A stretch of 64,000 bases of DNA from Antedon mediterranea. Its lineage: Eukaryota > Animalia > Echinodermata. Each line of letters starts with the position of its first letter. The first letter of the stretch is position 1. The notes under the pieces were generated by a model, which worked only from the letters and a program-made list of their open reading frames with translations, did not search any database and was not told where the DNA came from. The translations under genes and the position numbers were made by a program. Where the stretch lies: assembly GCF_964355755.1 (NCBI RefSeq), contig NC_092679.1, forward strand, positions 16,041,432 to 16,105,431, written 5' to 3'. Below, in pieces: positions 63,932 to 64,000 of the stretch.

Positions 63932-64000
63932 AGTTCTGTCTACACTATCAACCTACTTCAGTACTGTAGTTTGAAAAAACATGTGTGCATAAATATGATA
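63932..64000. mobile_element. MITE family A copy (partial, runs off window)
   Basis: AGTTCTGTCTACACTATCAA left TIR. Confidence 0.6.

Overview
AT-rich, repeat-dense eukaryotic genomic DNA, most likely from an invertebrate deuterostome. An echinoderm origin is suggested by gene content and repeat style, but that is inference. There are two convergent spliced genes. (1) On the + strand is a type-A LGR / glycoprotein-hormone receptor (TSHR/FSHR/LHCGR-like). It has seven ~75-bp phase-2 LRR exons (37297-48766) and one large terminal exon (49367-51638) carrying the last LRRs, hinge, 7TM and tail. Its signal-peptide exon 1 was not found, so most of 1-37296 is probably a very large first intron. (2) On the - strand is the TFIIA large subunit (GTF2A1-like), with seven exons at 59499-63665; the N-terminal exons lie beyond the window. 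This tail-to-tail pairing mirrors vertebrate TSHR-GTF2A1 and LHCGR-GTF2A1L. The upstream region holds a candidate compact single-Ig-domain gene, the 5' end of an LTR retrotransposon (LTR, PBS, open gag-like ORF), and an intact Rex1/Babar-like APE-RT LINE. It also contains Penelope-like and Rex1 relics, tRNA-derived SINEs and minisatellites. A Crack/L2-like relic and many MITEs (PIF/Harbinger-, Kolobok-, ISL2EU-, mariner-, hAT- and Helentron-like) are spread through the introns and intergenic DNA. I found no CRISPR array, rRNA or intact tRNA. All family assignments come from motif recognition, not database searches.
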